Source: Macrostomum lignano (taxonomy: Eukaryota). From it: a stretch of DNA of 34,073 bases. The notes beneath the pieces are model-generated. The model was not told the DNA's origin and made no database searches. It saw only the letters and a list, made by a program, of their open reading frames with translations. This document shows, piece after piece, positions 32,531 to 34,073 of the stretch (positions are counted from its first letter, which is position 1; each line of letters starts with the position of its first letter). The position numbers and the translations under genes are program-made. Where the stretch lies: the NCBI GenBank assembly GCA_002269645.1, contig NIVC01001285.1:1-34073 (forward strand), written 5' to 3'.

Positions 32531-33624
32531 GCTACCACACGATGATGACACCATAGCGGATTCAACTGAAACAGGCAATGTAACACGAACTGATATCTCC
32601 AAAGATTTGAAACTTCCGAGATCCGAGAAGCGAAAAATAAACTAACTCAGCGATAAATTAAGCAAAAACAAACAGATGAGTTACAAGAGATAAACGTCCA
32701 AAGCAGAGAATACATGTAAGTCGCGCAAGGATTGTATGGGAAGCATGCAGCAATCCATGCATGAGAACAACAAAGCCAGTTAGATCTGCACTGCAGTGTA
32801 TCTAACCGGCGACAGAAAGAAAATTATAAAAAGCAAGCATGCAATTACATGTACGAGTATATGCACAAGCTAATTGGATGACTTGAGTATGACTTGAGTA
32901 GTTGTCTACTCAAACCATCTTTGTTACAAGCTACCCTTGCAACTTGTTCATGTCCACCGACGAAACTGACGTTAATGGACGTCACTGGAAAAGAAGTCTT
33001 TTTCATTACGCCATCAAAAAGGTTATTTCAGCAGCACCAATCCAAAAGGCTAAGTCTTCACTAGCTTCGGAGCAATCCGAGAGGCATCGATCTTGAGCGA
33101 TTGGTCACTGATCAGTGATGCATAATATTTAGCGACATCATGGTTAAACCTTCTTGCTTTTTCCTGAAGCAAGCTTTTCCTGCTTCGAACCGACCCAGCT
33201 GACCCTAAGACCTTTCAAGGTTCATGCTGACAATTACTGCCTGTACATTTAGCCTAAAAAACCTCTTAAAAAGTATTGAAGAATACAGAACAAAATCTCA
33301 GAGAAAAGTCCAAATCAAAGCAGATGCGCAGTTTGAACGGAAAAAACGATTTAGCATGCAGTGTGTGAATTGAATTGCAGAACAAGTGTACAATTTGCAG
33401 TTAATAGCAGAAGGGCTACTCCTGAGTGGCTCTCGATGTGCTCATTTCCTGAAAAGCAGACAAACCAAAGCAGCATTTAAGTTGCTAAATTAGACAGAAA
33501 TTGGCAGAACACGCAGAACCCTCATCAAGCCAGCATGCAGCAGAATAAACAGTTTGATTGAACAAAACCAAAGTAAATGAAAATTGTGTCAGCATCGAAC
33601 ACCGCACCAGACAGTCAGTCTGAC

Positions 33625-34071
33625 TCAGCCTTCCTTTTCCGACCGATGGACTTCTGCTACTGCATCATTAAGTCTCTTCAGCTTCTGTCTGACCGAGCTG
33701 ATCTTCTCCTCGTCCTGCGTCTCCATGGCGACGCGTCTCTCTTTCTTGATCATCTCCATCTGCTGCAGGCTGAGCTCCACGTGCTCGCAGCAGTCGCTGT
33801 AGTGAGCCAGAGTGAGCAGCTCCTCCAAGTCCGGGTCTTCAAGCAGCTGTTCAATCCAATGATCGAATGCGATTGCAGGTGCGCGATTGCGGAGCAGCTC
33901 AGCTTGGAGACTCCAGCTCAGGCAGCGGAAGTTCACGTACAGGTGAGAGGAGAGAGGCTGCGAAAGTCTGGCTGTGAATAGAGATTGTGTGAACTCGGGA
34001 AGGAACGGGAAGTGAGGCGGAGAGTCACAGGGGAGGCAGAACCTCCACGCCCAGTCTGAGTCTTCTGGCAG
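33625..34071 (-). CDS. Probable last coding exon of a host gene (5' end beyond the window or at acceptor 33972-33974)
   Basis: The frame is open from the window edge to TGA for 149 codons: LPEDSDWAWRFCLPCDSPP...LQAELLRNRAPAIAFDHWIEQLLEDPDLEELL...coiled-coil-like tail...EKEG*. It is GC-rich with non-repetitive, protein-like composition. Family not recognised. Confidence 0.65.
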   Translation of the reverse strand: MPEDSDWAWRFCLPCDSPPHFPFLPEFTQSLFTARLSQPLSSHLYVNFRCLSWSLQAELLRNRAPAIAFDHWIEQLLEDPDLEELLTLAHYSDCCEHVELSLQQMEMIKKERRVAMETQDEEKISSVRQKLKRLNDAVAEVHRSEKEG

Positions 34072-34073
34072 TT

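Noticed and set aside
32900-33260. Protein-like minus-strand stretch (RSRKSLLQEKARRFNHDVAKYY...)
   Set aside because: Short, with multiple stops and no recognisable motif or clear splice sites.

Overview
This is eukaryotic, probably invertebrate-animal, genomic DNA that is repeat-rich and has no prokaryotic features. The main feature is a young, full-length Ty3/Gypsy LTR retrotransposon on + (21952-32530). It has 721-bp LTRs differing at 4 positions, a GCTA target-site duplication (TSD), a tRNA-Leu-type PBS, a PPT, gag, a -1 frameshift cassette, pol (PR-RT-RH-IN) and an extra non-env ORF3 of 278 aa. Its gag is interrupted by three nested DNA transposons: a hAT containing a second hAT containing a Mutator-like MITE, each with its own TSD. 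An older, internally deleted relative of the same Gypsy lineage lies at about 11175-15329. It retains gag, the same frameshift cassette, PR and RH remnants, a probable ORF3 homolog and one LTR. Other contents are a LINE RT fragment, a 1.2-kb Mutator-like element with a PHD-finger remnant, a THAP-domain pseudogene, further MITEs, several large mini/microsatellites (1-9 kb), weak candidate host exons on the minus strand (0.3-8.4 kb) and a probable host coding exon on the minus strand at the right edge. All comparisons were made by eye; no database searches were run.
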